Assembly (NCBI GenBank): GCA_039811685.1 | Contig: JBDHZC010000003.1 | Location: 1 to 64,000, forward strand | DNA: 64,000 nt | From: Armatimonadota bacterium | GTDB taxonomy: Bacteria > Armatimonadota > UBA5829 > DSUL01 | Direction of reading: 5' to 3' | Part shown: positions 38,664 to 48,120 of the stretch, piece after piece | Layout: each line of letters opens with the position of its first letter | Numbering within the stretch: position 1 is the first letter of the stretch | The notes under the pieces: model-generated | What the model was told of the DNA's origin: nothing | The model's database searches: none | Seen by the model: the letters and a program-made list of their open reading frames with translations, nothing else | Translations under genes and position numbers: made by a program

Positions 38664-39569
38664 ATGAAAATTCTCGGATTACGGAGGATGCTGACAAGCG
38701 CATCTGTCGCGCTTTTTCTGGCGTCATCCAATTTTGTCCGCGCTGACCAGCCGCCGGCTGCGGCGGCAACTATATCCGTCAGCCTTAGTGGCAGCGTTAC
38801 AGAAGCAGCCTCTGATCTTGCCGCCAAGACCGGAACGCCCGTCCTCGTAGATCCATCCGTGAGCGGATCTGTGACGGGCACTTTCAACAACTCCTCGGTG
38901 GATCAGGTGCTGGACGCCGTCTCTTCGTCCGTGAAGGCCAGGTGGGTCAAGGCTTTCATTCCGGAGAGCACTCCCAAGGCCGATGAGATCAAAGCCGCCA
39001 AAGAGCAGGTCGCGGCGCTTGAGGCCGTTAAAGAGACCAAGCCAGTGATGGTGTACGATCCTGCTTCCAAGTCGCAGATTATCCTCACAAAGTTTGCCCC
39101 GGATCCCGCGCGCGATCTGGAAGACGCCAAAGCGCTGGGGCTTCGTCCGGTCTATCTGATTTATGCGCCGCCGCCTCCACCCAGGCCTGCAGCAACGGCG
39201 ACAGCGCCCAGCGGTCAGAATGCGACTGACTACAGCAATCTTGGCAAGCAGCAGCAGGCGGAATTCCTGAAGATGACGCCCGACCAGCGTGTTAAAGCTC
39301 TGGAGCAGTCGCTTGCTGATGAAATTGCGACAGATCCAACCACTCGTTCGGAATACATGCGAGCGCGAATGGAAGCGATGAATGCTCTTCGCCAGAGCAA
39401 CTCGCCGGTGTATCAGCAGTGGCGTGATTCGCAGCGGCAGAACTGGCAGAACATGGGCGGCAACCGTGGAAACTGGGGTAACCGGCAGCGGGGTGTTGGG
39501 CCTGGTGGAGACCCCAACAACGGTAACTGGCGTGGCCGTCGAGGTGGCGGTCAGGCCCCTGCGCAGTAA
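38664..39569 (+). CDS. Secreted protein with STN/secretin-N-like domain and Gly/Asn/Arg-rich tail
   Basis: Signal peptide; LAAKTGTPVLVDPSVSGSVTGTFNNSSVDQVLDAV pattern; low-complexity C-terminus. Confidence 0.6.
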   Translation: MKILGLRRMLTSASVALFLASSNFVRADQPPAAAATISVSLSGSVTEAASDLAAKTGTPVLVDPSVSGSVTGTFNNSSVDQVLDAVSSSVKARWVKAFIPESTPKADEIKAAKEQVAALEAVKETKPVMVYDPASKSQIILTKFAPDPARDLEDAKALGLRPVYLIYAPPPPPRPAATATAPSGQNATDYSNLGKQQQAEFLKMTPDQRVKALEQSLADEIATDPTTRSEYMRARMEAMNALRQSNSPVYQQWRDSQRQNWQNMGGNRGNWGNRQRGVGPGGDPNNGNWRGRRGGGQAPAQ

Positions 39570-39603
39570 CAGCTCGGCCGAGCAGAAAGCAATCTGAAAA
39601 ACA

Positions 39604-39641
39604 GCGGGCTCGAGCATGGCAGGCTCGAGCCCGCCTTGTTT
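39604..39641. terminator. Terminator between convergent genes
   Basis: 12-bp stem GCGGGCTCGAGC/GCTCGAGCCCGC with A-run and T-rich flanks. Confidence 0.75.
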
Positions 39642-39657
39642 GTACCTGGTCGCCGCT

Positions 39658-40926
39658 TCACTCTGTAGCAGCAGGCGTCGAGGACTGCAAAGCTCCCAGC
39701 AGCGGCCTCGCCTGCTCGCGAAGTTGAGGGAGCATCTTCGCAAAGACTAAAGCGGCGACAATGCCGATGCTGCCACCCAGAGCCACTGTGTGCGGCGCGC
39801 CTATCTGCGCAGCCAGCGCTCCGGCGATGAGCGCGCCCACTGGCGCCATCCCCATAAACATCATCGAATAAAGAGCCATCACGCGCCCGCGCAGCTCATC
39901 AGGCGTCATAGTCTGAACGAGGGTGTTGCAGGAGGCCATCTGGATCATCATCGAAAAGCCCGCCGGTACCAGGCACGCCGCGGACAGCCAGAAATGCCGG
40001 GACAGCGCGAATGCTATCATTGCGATCCCGAACCCCGCGCACGCGCGCGCTATCCAGCGACCCAATCCCTTCACGCTCTGGCGATGAGCCAGTACGATTG
40101 CGCCTATAAAGGCCCCCACGCCTGAGGAAGCCATCAGAATCCCCAGCCCGCGGGCGCCTCCGTGGAGAATAGTCTCGGCAAAGATCGGCATCAGTGTGAC
40201 GTATGGCATCGCAACCATACTGATCACGCCAAGAAGCGCCAGAAGAGTAAGAATTGGCCGCGTGCTGAGTACGTATCTAAAGCCTTCTGTTACGTGAGTC
40301 AGCCCGGACTTTGTACGGGTAGCCGGTGAGGCATCCAAACGGATGAGAACCAGTCCCGTGATTACTGCCGTGTAGCTAACACCGTTAATAAAAAAGCACC
40401 AGCCCTCACCCACAGCCGCAACGAGAATTCCCGCGATAGCCGGACCGACAATGCGGGCGCCGTTGAACAGGGAAGAGTTGAGCGCAATTGCGTTGATCAG
40501 GTCGTCGCGCCCTACCATGTCCACCACAAAGCTCTGACGGGTAGGGATGTCTATCGCGTTTGTGATTCCCAGGAGACCTGCGAGTACGAAGAGATGCCAT
40601 GGCTGCACGCGGCCGCTCAGAGTGAGAGCTGCCAGTGTAAGCGCCAGTACCATCATGGCGCTTTGTGTGCAGATCAGAACGTGGCGGCGGTTCAGGCGGT
40701 CCGAGAGCGAACCGCCGATCGGTCCCAGAAGAAAAACAGGGATCTGAGAACAAAACTGCATACCGCCCAGCAGCACCGCTGAGCCAGTCAGCCTGTACAC
40801 CAGCCATGACTCTCCCACAGACTGCATCCACGTGCCAATAAGTGAAATGAACTGCCCGGCCATAAACAGGCGATAGTTGCGGTGGCGCATGGCCCGCAGA
40901 GAAGCTGGTAGCTGGAAGTTAGTCAT
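39658..40926 (-). CDS. MFS transporter (MFS_3/DHA3-like)
   Basis: 12 TM; GQFISLIGTWMQ, GGSLSDRLNRR motif A, LRGRVMALY. Confidence 0.93.
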   Translation of the reverse strand: MTNFQLPASLRAMRHRNYRLFMAGQFISLIGTWMQSVGESWLVYRLTGSAVLLGGMQFCSQIPVFLLGPIGGSLSDRLNRRHVLICTQSAMMVLALTLAALTLSGRVQPWHLFVLAGLLGITNAIDIPTRQSFVVDMVGRDDLINAIALNSSLFNGARIVGPAIAGILVAAVGEGWCFFINGVSYTAVITGLVLIRLDASPATRTKSGLTHVTEGFRYVLSTRPILTLLALLGVISMVAMPYVTLMPIFAETILHGGARGLGILMASSGVGAFIGAIVLAHRQSVKGLGRWIARACAGFGIAMIAFALSRHFWLSAACLVPAGFSMMIQMASCNTLVQTMTPDELRGRVMALYSMMFMGMAPVGALIAGALAAQIGAPHTVALGGSIGIVAALVFAKMLPQLREQARPLLGALQSSTPAATE

Positions 40927-41069
40927 TGTGGTTGCAGTGCAGCGGAGACGCCGCAGTTGCGTTGACGTCCCAAGGTCATTCTACCCGCACCTGGCCGGTG
41001 TGCGCCCGTTATGAGTTGGCGAGGACTCTGCCGCAGCCTTCCCGAAAGAGCCTCTTGGGAGGATTTGCG

Positions 41070-42944
41070 ATGGAGCTATTTCGACTTTGCATACATGGGC
41101 TGGGAGTTGCGATTCTACTGGCTTTGGTGGCTTCGTTTGCCGGAGCGGAAGAGTATCAGGGTGCAAAAGCGACCGCCAGAGAGTTAGCTATGCTGAAAAC
41201 GTTGAAAACAGACCACCCACGCGTCCTCATTACGGATGCTGATATCGAGCGCGTTCGCTCGCTGCTGAAAACTGATAAAGCAGTCCGGAAGATGCGAGAC
41301 GTGGTGTTCAAGCAGGCCCAGGACGTTTTGTCGCAAGAGCCTGTAGAGCACGTTCTGATCGGGCCGCGGCTTCTCACTCAGAGCCGCCGGGCCGTGTCCC
41401 GCGTGACAACTCTCGGAGTGGCGTACCGGCTTACCGGAGAACGAAAATATGCCGAGCGTGCGCGCACGGAGATGCTGACAGCCGCTGCGTTTCCGGACTG
41501 GAACCCTTCCCACTTTCTTGACACAGCAGAGATGACCAATGCCCTGGCCATCGGGTACGACTGTTTCTACCGCGATCTCAGCCCTGCCGACAGGTCAACG
41601 ATAAGCAAGGCTATCGTCAGGCTGGGGCTGTTGCCCGGGCTTTCCATTTATGAAAAGCAGACGGGATGGGCGGTGGATGCGTTCAACTGGAATCAGGTGT
41701 GCAACGGCGGAATGCTGTCTGGCGCTCTGGCTATCGCTGACGAAGAACCAGACCTCGCCGCGCGCATTGTCTCTTTTGCGGTGAAAGCGCTGCCCTTCGC
41801 TATGAATACCTACGAACCTGACGGTGCGTGGCCGGAAGGGCCGGGCTACTGGGCATATGCCACATCGTATAGCGTTTACGCTCTTGCGGCTTTACAGAAT
41901 TCACTCGGGACGGACTTCGGTCTTGGTCAGGCAAGAGGGCTTATTGAAAGCGGCATGTTTCGGTTTCACAGTACAGGTCCACTGGGCCTTACGTTCAATT
42001 TTGCTGACAGCGCAGAAATAATCGGACGAGCGCCGGATCTGTTCTGGATGAGCCGGCGTTTTGACAGGCCGCTTTACGCCTGGCTTGAGCGCCATCATTT
42101 CAGGGACCCAAACGCTCTGGATCTATTGTGGTACGATCCTCGCGGGAGCGGGCCGAAGGCCGATCGTGTTCCCCTGGATGCCCACTTTACGGCAGCGGGC
42201 GTCGTCTTTATGCGCAGCGCCTGGGAGGATTCAGATGCGCTGTACGTAGGGTTCAAAGGAGGGGATAACACTGTCAATCACTCCCATCTTGACCTTGGAA
42301 CCTTTGTGCTGGACGCCCTTGGGCAGAGGTGGGTTGCGGAGCTTGGCCCGGATGACTACAATCTTCCCGGATACTGGGACACAGCAAACCGTCGCTGGAG
42401 CTACTATCGTCTGGGAACACCGGGACAGAACACGCTTGTTCTCGACAATCAGAACCAGAAGTACCACGCAAGAGCGCCTGTGACAGCGTTCTCACCGGAT
42501 TCAGAATCTCCGTTCGCCATCGCCGATCTGTCCGAGGGCTACGTCCCTGTTGCGTCAAGCGTCAGGCGCGGTGTCGCCATGCCCGGCCGCCGCAGCGTGG
42601 TTATTCAGGATGAGATCAGGGCGCCTGAGCCGATAGAGGTATCCTGGCGCGTTCACACCCGCGCCAGCGTCACTGTCGCCGGACGCACGGCCACCATGAC
42701 GCAGGAGGGCCGGACACTGGAAGCGCGCTTGCTGGAGCCTGCCGACGCCTCATTTGCAGTCGAGTCGGCCGCCCAGGAGCCGCCTCAAAACCGTAATGAA
42801 GGGGTACTGCGCCTGATGGTGAAGCTTCCGGGCAAAGTTACTCAGACGCGCATTGTCGTGCAGTTTGCGCCCATGACCAAAGGCAAAAGAGCTTTGGATT
42901 ATCACGTGAAATCACTTTCCGAGTGGAAGCCGGGAGGCATGTGA
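41070..42944 (+). CDS. Secreted heparinase II/III-like polysaccharide lyase
   Basis: Signal peptide; HPRVL, WNPSHFLDTAE, NWNQVCN, EGPGYWAY, HSHLDLGTF; GGAGG SD before 41070. Confidence 0.87.
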   Translation: MELFRLCIHGLGVAILLALVASFAGAEEYQGAKATARELAMLKTLKTDHPRVLITDADIERVRSLLKTDKAVRKMRDVVFKQAQDVLSQEPVEHVLIGPRLLTQSRRAVSRVTTLGVAYRLTGERKYAERARTEMLTAAAFPDWNPSHFLDTAEMTNALAIGYDCFYRDLSPADRSTISKAIVRLGLLPGLSIYEKQTGWAVDAFNWNQVCNGGMLSGALAIADEEPDLAARIVSFAVKALPFAMNTYEPDGAWPEGPGYWAYATSYSVYALAALQNSLGTDFGLGQARGLIESGMFRFHSTGPLGLTFNFADSAEIIGRAPDLFWMSRRFDRPLYAWLERHHFRDPNALDLLWYDPRGSGPKADRVPLDAHFTAAGVVFMRSAWEDSDALYVGFKGGDNTVNHSHLDLGTFVLDALGQRWVAELGPDDYNLPGYWDTANRRWSYYRLGTPGQNTLVLDNQNQKYHARAPVTAFSPDSESPFAIADLSEGYVPVASSVRRGVAMPGRRSVVIQDEIRAPEPIEVSWRVHTRASVTVAGRTATMTQEGRTLEARLLEPADASFAVESAAQEPPQNRNEGVLRLMVKLPGKVTQTRIVVQFAPMTKGKRALDYHVKSLSEWKPGGM

Positions 42945-43023
42945 GCCGTGTGCCTTGCGGCATCCAGCACAATCTCTGCAGTGCCCCTGCCGCCACCGGC
43001 CGGCAGTAGGATTCCTGGTTCAT

Positions 43024-44406
43024 TTGAAAATCGCTGATCTGTTGTCTGCTGAGGGAGTCCGTCTCTATCCGGCCTCTATCAAAGACGTGTGCGGCGGCCG
43101 TGTATTCGTTGCATCGAAAGACGGCCAGAAGTATGTCGGCTCAGAAGGTGTAGAACTGCCAGAAAGGCCGGACACCGTCATTGCCACAACTGCGTTACGC
43201 AGGCTCACCTGGCCTGTCTATGAAGCCCTGCGCAGCCTGACAGACCTGCGCCCGTCAATCTGTGATAGTTCTGCGTCTTTCGGCACGGGCGACCGCCTCG
43301 GAATGGTCACCGCTGCCCATCTGCAAGCTGTCAGCCACTCTCCTCTTTTCCCCGTGGTGGCTCAGCAGTCCCCGCGCGAGCTCAAACTAACCCGCCGCAG
43401 CTTTCAGTCCGTTCTTTGCGACGCTGCGCTCGGCGTTCTGGAAAGCGGCTACAGCGGGAGATGGGGGGCTGACGCCGATCACATCAAAGCTGAAAGTGAC
43501 CTTATGGATGCCGTACGCGCGGGATACACGATGTATACGCTGGATCTCAGCGACTGGACTCCGAGCGCCTTTGCGTCAGACAGCGCTCTCTCCAGCCTCA
43601 GCCGCCAGATCATCACCGAATGGGCGGGCAAAAGCATCCGCGAAGGCGCAGTCTGCGCGCGTTTTACAGAGGAGGACCTGACAGAGTCCGCCGCCGTCTA
43701 TGAAAAAGCTCTGCAGAGCGCGGTCAACTACAACCGCATCATCCGGAGCTCCCTCAGCGCCTTCGATCTGGAGATCTCCATTGACGAAGGCGATCGCTTG
43801 ACCACCCCCGCTGACCATCTCTATGTCGCGCAGTTCCTCAGGCGCTCCGGTGTCCGCATTTTCAGCATCGCCCCGCGCTTTCCAGGGGAGTTCCAGAAGG
43901 GGATTGACTACGTCGGAGACCTGAGCGAACTGAAGCGCTCCTTTGACACCCATGCCGCCCTGGCGCGAGCCACCGGAGACCACCGTCTGTCTCTGCACTC
44001 GGGAAGCGACAAGTTCAGTGTGTACGGCATGTTCGCGGAGGCGACGCGCGGGCGCTATCACGTCAAGACCTCCGGGACAAGCTGGCTGGAAGCTGTGGGG
44101 GCGGTTGCTCTGGCGGACAGAGCGCTCTTCAGCGACCTCTACCGTGCCTCGTTGGATGCGCTGAACGCCAACAAGAAGCTCTACCACATCTTCATCACAG
44201 TGGATGACTTCCCGTCAGAAGTTCCGCAGGACATCGCCGCCTTCTTCCGGGAAAACAACACGCGGCAGCTCTTTCACGTGTCTTACGGAACGCTGCTGGA
44301 TGCCTTTGGAGAGCGCATCCGCCGGGCGCTTGAGTCCACAGAAGACCTCCACTACAGGTCCGTCTCGGAGCATATTCTCAAGCACGTAACGGAACTCACA
44401 GCCTGA
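43024..44406 (+). CDS. uxaE: Tagaturonate/fructuronate epimerase
   Basis: SFGTGDRLG, AQQSPRE, GADADHIK, EISIDE, GEFQKGIDY, SLHSGSDKFS, HVKTSGTSWLEA; start uncertain. Confidence 0.9.
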   Translation: MKIADLLSAEGVRLYPASIKDVCGGRVFVASKDGQKYVGSEGVELPERPDTVIATTALRRLTWPVYEALRSLTDLRPSICDSSASFGTGDRLGMVTAAHLQAVSHSPLFPVVAQQSPRELKLTRRSFQSVLCDAALGVLESGYSGRWGADADHIKAESDLMDAVRAGYTMYTLDLSDWTPSAFASDSALSSLSRQIITEWAGKSIREGAVCARFTEEDLTESAAVYEKALQSAVNYNRIIRSSLSAFDLEISIDEGDRLTTPADHLYVAQFLRRSGVRIFSIAPRFPGEFQKGIDYVGDLSELKRSFDTHAALARATGDHRLSLHSGSDKFSVYGMFAEATRGRYHVKTSGTSWLEAVGAVALADRALFSDLYRASLDALNANKKLYHIFITVDDFPSEVPQDIAAFFRENNTRQLFHVSYGTLLDAFGERIRRALESTEDLHYRSVSEHILKHVTELTA

Positions 44407-44441
44407 AAAAGTCGCTGCCTGGAGAGCTCAGCAGAACCGCT

Positions 44442-45554
44442 TTACTGCGCCAGGTTCTCAACCGCAGAAATCAACTCGGACACCGGCATCCGCGCCACGG
44501 CGGTATAGTGGTTGCGGTCGTGAATCCACGAGACCGCGGCATGTCCATCATCGTCCTGACGCGCTGAGGCGGAGTCAGTCCCGGGAATCCGCACAGAATG
44601 CCACTCGTCCGCGGCAGCCAGTTTTGCTTTCTTTGTATTGTCGCCTGTCTGCTTGACAAAGATGGAGATGGACTTGAGTCCGTCCGAATACAGGCACTGA
44701 GTTGAGTGGTTACCGCTCTGGCGCACCTGTCTGGCTGGTTTCACGACGGAACGCAAACGCAGATGTCCGGCGACTACCGGAAGTCCCAGGTCTCTTGCTT
44801 CGGATGTCAGGTTGTCCCGGCGCTGCGACGATGCGACGAGATGGCGCGCGGGCGCTTTGAACTGAGGTTGAAAATCCTGGTCGCTCACCGCTGGTCTGAC
44901 AATGACGTCGCTCAACGTCACGCGCCGCAGCGTACGCCCGTGTGCGTCATATTCCTCAATTCGCAGGGCGCGTCCGGTCTCCTCGTCTATCCATCGGCGC
45001 TCCACCACTGCTCCTGATCGTCCTTTTAGCACCAGAACGGAAGCGCTACGCCCGTCCACCACATCAGCAGTTGCGCCCAACTCTCGTTTCCAGCCGTCTG
45101 ACGTAGAGTCATCCAGACTGTTGTCGCCGGCCGGAGCACTGCGCCGTACAACAGTGCTTGTGCGCGGCTCGTACTGCCAGATATGGTGACCGTCACTGAT
45201 AACTACGCGCCCTCGCGAACTCTGATCGTCCGTATACTTCAGCCGGTAGCGCCCGCCGGGGCCTTCCAGCAAACGAAAGACACGTACACGCGCCTTCCCC
45301 GAAGCGGGATATGTCTGAATAGTAGCCGTAGCGCTGATGGGTACCTCGCGAGACGCGCGCACGTTTTTTGTCCACAGAGCATTTGCTGCTTGCTCAGAGG
45401 TAGTGGCAGGCCTGCCGGAAGCGTGCGCGCTCTCGTGCAGGCGCCGTGATGTGCATGACGACAGCGCGAGGGACACTGCCACACACATCACGGCGGTTGG
45501 AACCCATCCCCGGTGGCGCCCGTCCCGCAGCCAGATTACTTTGGGACGCGGCAC
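44442..45554 (-). CDS. MucB/RseB (LolA-fold) family periplasmic regulator, probable lipoprotein
   Basis: LALSSC lipobox-like; ISDGHHIWQYEP, RWIDEETG, LYSDGLKSISIF; directly downstream of anti-sigma. Confidence 0.78.
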   Translation of the reverse strand: MPRPKVIWLRDGRHRGWVPTAVMCVAVSLALSSCTSRRLHESAHASGRPATTSEQAANALWTKNVRASREVPISATATIQTYPASGKARVRVFRLLEGPGGRYRLKYTDDQSSRGRVVISDGHHIWQYEPRTSTVVRRSAPAGDNSLDDSTSDGWKRELGATADVVDGRSASVLVLKGRSGAVVERRWIDEETGRALRIEEYDAHGRTLRRVTLSDVIVRPAVSDQDFQPQFKAPARHLVASSQRRDNLTSEARDLGLPVVAGHLRLRSVVKPARQVRQSGNHSTQCLYSDGLKSISIFVKQTGDNTKKAKLAAADEWHSVRIPGTDSASARQDDDGHAAVSWIHDRNHYTAVARMPVSELISAVENLAQ

Positions 45555-45555
45555 T

Positions 45556-46107
45556 CTACAGGTTCCCCTGCACGCGGTTGTCAGCCTCGTCCAGAAGCGC
45601 CGCCTGCGCCTCTGCACGTACATCGTGATGCAGCACGGGATCTCCCGCACTGAGATCTGGCGCCTGCACGTCGTGAAGGTGATAGAGCTGTGACAGCTCT
45701 GAAGCTGCTGGGGGATTTATCTGCACTGGTTCTGATCCTGGAATGAGAATAAATGCGCCCACAACGACAGCTACTGCCGCAGCGGTGGCAAGTGCCGGTT
45801 GCCACGTTACCACTGGCCACCTCAGTAATGGCCACCTCAGCGATCTCCCCGCGACTTTTGATTGTGCAGCTTCACCCGAACGCACAGAAGCCTCCAGGCG
45901 GCTGAAGACCCGCTCTCTCATCTGCTGTGAGCCACCGGGCGTTGACAAGCCGCGCAGCGCCAGCCGCACGTTCTGCAACTCATCCTGAACGCGTCGGCAT
46001 TCAGCGCACTCAGACAGATGCTGAGCAGCCCGGGTCGCTTCTCGGGCACTCATATCGTTGTCCAGTAAGCGGCTCATATTCTGTTGAAGCCATTTGCACG
46101 TGTTCAT
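45556..46107 (-). CDS. Zinc-finger (ZAS/zf-HC2) transmembrane anti-sigma factor
   Basis: C...MSRLLD...HLSECAEC (HxxxCxxC) and one TM. Confidence 0.88.
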   Translation of the reverse strand: MNTCKWLQQNMSRLLDNDMSAREATRAAQHLSECAECRRVQDELQNVRLALRGLSTPGGSQQMRERVFSRLEASVRSGEAAQSKVAGRSLRWPLLRWPVVTWQPALATAAAVAVVVGAFILIPGSEPVQINPPAASELSQLYHLHDVQAPDLSAGDPVLHHDVRAEAQAALLDEADNRVQGNL

Positions 46108-46168
46108 CTCTTGTTGCCAGTCTTTCTGTGTTCACCCCGCCAATCTGCCCTGCAACAGGCGTCTGTAT

Positions 46169-46774
46169 CTAGGCCCTGGAAGGTGAAACCGATTTGCACT
46201 TCATCAGCGCCTGGCGAAGTTGATTGCGTCCGCGATGTATCCGTGATCTCACGGTTCCAAGCGGCAACGCCAGCGCCTGCGCAATTTCCTGATAGTCCAT
46301 CTGTTCAACATCACACAGTAGAACGGCAATTCTGAAGTCTTCGGAAAGGCTGCTCAGCGCCTCTTCCATTTCCTCTGAAATCATCGGGTCGATCAGCGCG
46401 TGGAGGGGATCAGAACCGGTGTCTGCGACGTCCCGTTGGACGGATTCTCCTGACTCGTCCAACCACGCTGTGTCCATGCTCTCAGTCTTGCGCACTTTTG
46501 CGCGCCGCGCCATATCGATGCGGTTGGTCGTCAGAATACGAAACATCCATCTGTCGAAGCCGCTTCCGCGATACTGATCGAAAGACTGAAAAGCTTCCAC
46601 CAGACTGTCTGAGAGCAGATCTTCCGCGTCATCGCTATTGCCACACAGCCGGTACGCGTAACGGTAGAAGCGGTCCCAATCACGGGCCACCATCCCTTCG
46701 AAAGCTCTCAGCTTGTCGGCGGTCTGGTCGCTTGTTCGCTCGCCAAACCTGGTCAAGGCAAATGCTACTCCCAC
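46169..46774 (-). CDS. ECF RNA polymerase sigma factor
   Basis: DAEDL, WMFRI, DYQEIA.L.LPLGTVRSRIHRGR. Confidence 0.93.
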   Translation of the reverse strand: MGVAFALTRFGERTSDQTADKLRAFEGMVARDWDRFYRYAYRLCGNSDDAEDLLSDSLVEAFQSFDQYRGSGFDRWMFRILTTNRIDMARRAKVRKTESMDTAWLDESGESVQRDVADTGSDPLHALIDPMISEEMEEALSSLSEDFRIAVLLCDVEQMDYQEIAQALALPLGTVRSRIHRGRNQLRQALMKCKSVSPSRA

Positions 46775-46903
46775 TGGACTCAGTACTCCTCATCTTCTGG
46801 CTGTGGAACCTGCACGATAAACAGCGCACCACGCACCGCGATAGTTCCGGCCTGAGGCTGAGTCTTGTTGAAATTGTAGCGTTAATATACCCGCAGTTAA
46901 GCC

Positions 46904-46943
46904 AAAAAAGAACAACCCTGAGAAGCGTCTGCTCTCAGGGTTG
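46904..46943 (-). terminator. Intrinsic terminator between the basic-protein gene and the ECF operon
   Basis: CAACCCTGAGA/TCTCAGGGTTG stem with minus-strand T-run. Confidence 0.72.
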
Positions 46944-46972
46944 CCTTAGCCTTCGACCTTATGTGATGTTCT

Positions 46973-47314
46973 CTATTTGGTTTTTTTCGATGAGGCGCTC
47001 TTGGATATGGAGTGGGCCTTCGAAGTCTTAGACTTCGCCGTCTTGGAATGTGCCTTGCGCGTAGCCTTGTGCGTCGAGGACTTAGCGTGTGTCTTGTGCG
47101 TCGCGCTCGTGGCCTTCTTGCTGGGATGCGCCGCCTTGCTGGTGGAAGGCGCTAGAGTCGTCTTCACGGCCGCAGTCTTAGCTGACGATGCCGCAGTCGT
47201 CGTCTTGGCCGCCTTGACGGTCTTTGCAGTCGCAGCATGCACGGGGCCGAGTCCCAACCCGCCCAGAAATACTGCGGAAACCGCGAGTGCAATGAGTCTT
47301 GATACGATCTTCAT
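46973..47314 (-). CDS. Small secreted Lys/Ala/Ser/Thr/His-rich basic protein
   Basis: Signal peptide MKIVSRLIALAVSAVFLGGLGLGPVHA then low-complexity basic chain; own terminator. Confidence 0.7.
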   Translation of the reverse strand: MKIVSRLIALAVSAVFLGGLGLGPVHAATAKTVKAAKTTTAASSAKTAAVKTTLAPSTSKAAHPSKKATSATHKTHAKSSTHKATRKAHSKTAKSKTSKAHSISKSASSKKTK

Positions 47315-47540
47315 AGAACTGTCCTTGTACCTCTCTGGCAAATGCCCGGTCATCAAAGATGACCTTGGCGGGAGGACTAACTTTATCTGACCCTCCCAGC
47401 CGTATTGTCTCGCCTGATATCCTGTTGGAACTGGTTGAGACGGTGAGAATGGCGCATGGACAGAACCGATAAGTTCCTGAAGGAAAAAATTCTTTGCAGT
47501 TCATCAGACCGGCCGGAGTGCCGCCGAGGAACCGCAGTAT

Positions 47541-48068
47541 CTAGCTTTTCACGCCAACGTCGCGCCTGTCGTGCCTGCGGTGGCGCAGGGACTGCTGAAT
47601 GGCGGCTTTGTAGGAAGCTGTCACCTCAGCTCCTTTCAGGGCCGCTTCCGCGTCGCGTCCCGGAATACGCTCCAGGGCCATGCGCGCATACTCCCTTACG
47701 TCAGTGTCCGCCAGAAGCGCCTGTATGCCCTGAACCTGCTCCCTGCCGCCAATCAGACCAAGGTACATCAAAGCGTCCGACCGGACAGCCCTTGCGTTTC
47801 CGGCTCTGGTCTGCTTCAGCAGCTCTCCTGACACTGCCTTGCGCTTGCCTGTGTCCTGTCCGGGCTTCGCCGCCGCGTGAACCAGCCGCTTCAGCGCTTC
47901 AGACGCAGCCTTTGCGGCCGCCGGATCATTGCCCTGCATTATCCGCCCGAGCGCCTGCACGGCCGCAGGACCAGCCTCATGCGCTCTGCTGACCGCTTCC
48001 CATCTGGCCGCCGCATCGCTTCCGGCAAGAGCCGCAATCAGCCTCTCTACTGTGATGCCTTCTTCCAT
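47541..48068 (-). CDS. HEAT/PBS-lyase repeat protein
   Basis: Repeated helical motifs, e.g. VREYARMALERIPG; downstream of Gfo/Idh/MocA gene. Confidence 0.78.
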   Translation of the reverse strand: MEEGITVERLIAALAGSDAAARWEAVSRAHEAGPAAVQALGRIMQGNDPAAAKAASEALKRLVHAAAKPGQDTGKRKAVSGELLKQTRAGNARAVRSDALMYLGLIGGREQVQGIQALLADTDVREYARMALERIPGRDAEAALKGAEVTASYKAAIQQSLRHRRHDRRDVGVKS

Positions 48069-48120
48069 TTCAGAACTTTCCTCCCCGCCAACCGCCCCGC
48101 CTGCGCTCTGGCGTGGCTTT

